From: Eledone cirrhosa
Taxonomy: Eukaryota
Assembly: GCA_964016885.1 (NCBI GenBank)
Contig: OZ024741.1
Location: forward strand, 122,760,001 to 122,824,000
Reading direction: 5' to 3'
Length of the DNA: 64,000 nt
Both the position numbers and the translations under genes were made by a program. Below, in pieces: positions 60,988-64,000 of the stretch. The notes under the pieces were generated by a model that was not told the DNA's origin, did no database searches, and saw only the letters and a list, made by a program, of their open reading frames with translations. Each line of letters begins with the position of its first letter. Within the stretch, counting starts at the first letter, position 1.

Positions 60988-61200
60988 GTTTTTTTGTTTA
61001 AAATGAAATTCTGGGTACAAAACCCCAATAACTGGTTATTTAACCCCGAAGGGCCAAATAACGGACAGAAAGACCCCTCTCACGAGGAGGAGGGTGTCTT
61101 TATCAACAATTTGGTTCAAGTTTTAAACAATTTACAATTGTTTTAACGGTTAAAAATTACTATACCTTACAGAGCCGAGCCTCCGTCAACCATGGCATTC

Positions 61201-61231
<31 letters not shown>

Positions 61232-64000
61232 TTTTCTTTATTAACCACAAGGGTTTACATAAAGTAGACATTAAGGACAGTGCAGGACAATGCAGGACGG
61301 TACAAATGGGCATTTCTGCGTGTAAAAACACAGAGGATGTAATAAAAAATAACAATGAAAGATTCCCCAATAGGGGGGGGGGAGACTTCCGAGGGACATT
61401 TGTGGAGAAAGCCCATTAAAAGGCCACAGTGACCCTGATCACCAGGGCAAGTGCCCTCTCCCAGTTTTCCACCTTTAATTTACAGAGTAGGCCCCTTCAC
61501 ACGGGCCATACTTGCTTCTTTCACCCATCTTTCAACAAAATGCTGGGAAGAGAGCACTTCCCTCTCTACCCTGATTTTCCTTTTCAAATGAAATTTGAAA
61601 AAGCTAATCAAGGCATCACCGAAGAGGTAAGTGCTCGTCTTCAGCCCTTTCAAACGTGTCCACCATACTATCTCATTCGCCATGGCCACCAGACATATAA
61701 AAACTGCCTGCCTTTCCGGGCTAAAGAAAGAGGTCGGGGCAATCCTCACGATGGACTCAGCTGATAGCTGGATCCGGCCTACACGTGACAGCAGGTGTTC
61801 GACATAAACCCACAAGTCAGCAATGCTCGGACACTGGACGAGTGCGTGCAGGACGGTTTCGTCGCCCTGCGCGTATCTCGGACATGCCCGACTGACGGCA
61901 CCTCCATGCCTGTAGAGTTTATCCCGAACTGGCAAAGCTCCTCGGTAGCACTGCCAGGCCAGGGATTTCTGGAAGTTGTCCATAGGCCCCGGCTCGAAAG
62001 TCCTTCCGAAGAGATTGGCTAGTTGATTTTCGTCGACGCCTAGAGTTTCTCCAAGTACGTCGTCGCTCTTCCCCTCCACTAATCCTCTATAGAACGCCAA
62101 GGTGGAGTTTCCACCGATCACATTGCCCGATTGGTCGAGGGCTGTGAGCGCCTGAAGACATTCCAGTCTCCAAGCCCTCCCTCTCGGTCTTCGCCTGACC
62201 CAGGACTGCAGCTCCGTCAAGGAGACGAGCTGGGGAAAGACGTGTCTAGCAAACGGCGACCACACCTGATCACCGTCGAGGAAGAGGTGGAGATGTCGTA
62301 GCCTGAGCGCGTGTCTGCGCATCTTCAGCCATGGCATGCCCATCCCTCCACGTAGCGGGTGTTGACAGCAGATGGACCGCCTGACCATCGGAGCGCGTCC
62401 CTTCCACAAAAAGCGAAAGAGCAAACGCTCCAGCGCAGTCAGTCGGGGCTTGGGACAAGGTACGACGGTCAGGCGGTAGTAGATGACGGACGCGATGTAA
62501 GCGTTAGCCACCTCCGCTCGACCTTTCAGGGATAGTTTCCTCTCGGCCCATTTCTGTGTGAGAGAAGCCACCCTGCTCCTCACCTCGTCCCAGTTTTTGT
62601 CCGTCTGGTGGTCCGGACCGAACCAGACCCCTAGCAATTTAACCGGTCCGTCCGTCCATCGCCCGACGACGCTGTTGGACGGCATGGACCTGCCTCTCCA
62701 GGTGCCGAGCTGCAGGGCCACTGACTTTTCCTGGTTGATCATTGCTCCTGTCAACGCTTCGTGTTCACTTAGTGTAGTGCCGATCGCCTCGATGTGTTTG
62801 GCGTTCGACACCACTACGGTGACATCGTCCGCATATGCTGACACGGATCTTCCGCATCCTATTTCGCGCGGGACGCCCCTCAACGTCTCCAGTTTGTGAG
62901 TAATGGCTCGAGAATCAATACGTACAAGAGGGACGAGAGGGGACATCCTTCGCGGACCGAGCGCATGGTGTTGAACGGTTCCGAAAGATGACCGTTCACT
63001 CTCACCACAGAGCAGATGTCGCTGTGCATGGCAGCGATCCAGCCTCAAAAGACGGGCCCAAAGCCAGCCGCCCCCAGGACTACCTCTAGGTAACGATGGT
63101 CGACCCTATCGAAAGCTTTCGACTGAGGTGGAGGTTGTTGTGGATGGTTCTGTCGGCAATGGCGCATGGCTACGTCTGTCCCACCAGACCACCAACGACA
63201 AGCGCCAACCTCTTTGCTTACCTTGGCCAAAATCTTGAACTCTGTGTTTAACAGAGTTATGGGCCAGAAATTATCTATGTTATCGGCCTTGTTCGGATCC
63301 TTTCTCAGCAGCGCCTCTGCTCCTCGGCTCACAGGGGGAATTCTCCCGTTCTGTTGCCAGTTGCAGTAGACGTCCGCCAAAAGGCCTCCGAACAAGTCTG
63401 GCATCTGTACGTAAAGTTCATAGGGCAGACCATCCAAACCAGGCGATTTACCCCTTGTGCAGCCAGTCATTGCCTCCCGTACTTCAGCGGCGGTTATCGG
63501 CTTTTCGCAACACTCCGCCTCAGTGGCCGAGAGCCGCGGCAGTCCGTCGAGGTCGACACTAAAGTCTATCCCTCGATCCGGCCCACCGCTGCCCCCGAAC
63601 AGCTAAGCGAGATGTCGCTGAAAAGCTTCACACAGTTTCCAGGAATCGAGTAGCATGCGCCCGTCGTGGTCGACCAAAGACCGGATCATGGCTTTCTTGC
63701 CACGACGCGCATCCGCCACTGGGGCCCATTGAACGGCTTTCGTCCCCTCGTGTCTGAGAGCACGCTCTCTAGCTCTGACGACGCAGCCTTCGTGCTTTGC
63801 ATTGAAGAATTGGTCAATGGCCAATTTCGCCGCAAGTACGTCGGTCGTTATGCCTTTGCTAAGCGCCTCATTTAAGTTTCTAACTAGTTCACCCTATGTT
63901 CTATTTTTCTCTATTGCTAAAGTCATCCTAAACGTAATGGACTCTATTCTAATCTCTCTTTTCAGAGCAAACCACCACTTGTTGTTGACGATAGCCCCCG
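61201..64000 (-). mobile_element. Array copy 5: older, decayed Tx1 (3' half visible, continues beyond window)
   Basis: (ATT)10 tail. ORF2 broken by frameshifts, a stop at ~63045 and a deletion at ~63126; visibly more substitutions than copies 1-4. Confidence 0.95.

Larger units (their letters stand above)
55151..61200 (-). mobile_element. Full-length L1-Tx1 LINE, array copy 4
   Basis: Same architecture; (ATT)9 tail. Confidence 0.97.

Noticed and set aside
37259-63875. Many + strand ORFs of 60-210 aa repeated in each array unit
   Set aside because: Antisense shadows of GC-rich ORF2 and low-complexity ORF1; they recur only because the copies are near-identical.
37006-64000. Telomeric retrotransposon array, or a pure assembly duplication
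   Set aside because: No TTAGGG repeats in the window, and the 3' end abuts an ordinary SINE (the far end is not visible). Units carry distinct SNPs and in-frame indels, unlike an assembly stutter; long-read confirmation is still advisable.

Overview
AT-rich eukaryotic DNA made almost entirely of transposable elements and microsatellites. The SINE sequences suggest an octopus/coleoid cephalopod genome (inference). No host gene can be confidently called. Left to right: a decayed R4/Dong-type non-LTR element (1-2.96 kb, -); two decayed L1-Tx1 LINEs of different lineages, A and B, fused head-to-tail (3.9-11.07 kb, +); a non-autonomous Helitron in tandem with a RepHel Helitron (13.98-20.73 kb); a mariner relic; a stack of about 10 same-orientation tRNA-derived SINEs (28.1-30.9 kb); a palindrome with 178-bp arms; and a twin-primed, rearranged RTE. 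From 37.0 kb to the window end is a head-to-tail array of at least five Tx1-clade LINEs (- strand). Four are full-length (~6.05 kb) with intact ORF1 and ORF2 and identical 5' ends, separated only by (ATT)9-13. The fifth and most upstream copy is decayed. The best candidate for an undescribed system is this apparently self-targeting Tx1 family, whose (ATT)n tail would be its own target. It is a visible recombinant (ORF1 of lineage A plus ORF2 of lineage B, both present as relics here), may share its 3' end and target niche with the local SINE, and has a conserved GTAAGT at the ORF1 stop that could splice ORF1 in frame to ORF2. Identities and structures were judged by eye; no searches were run.
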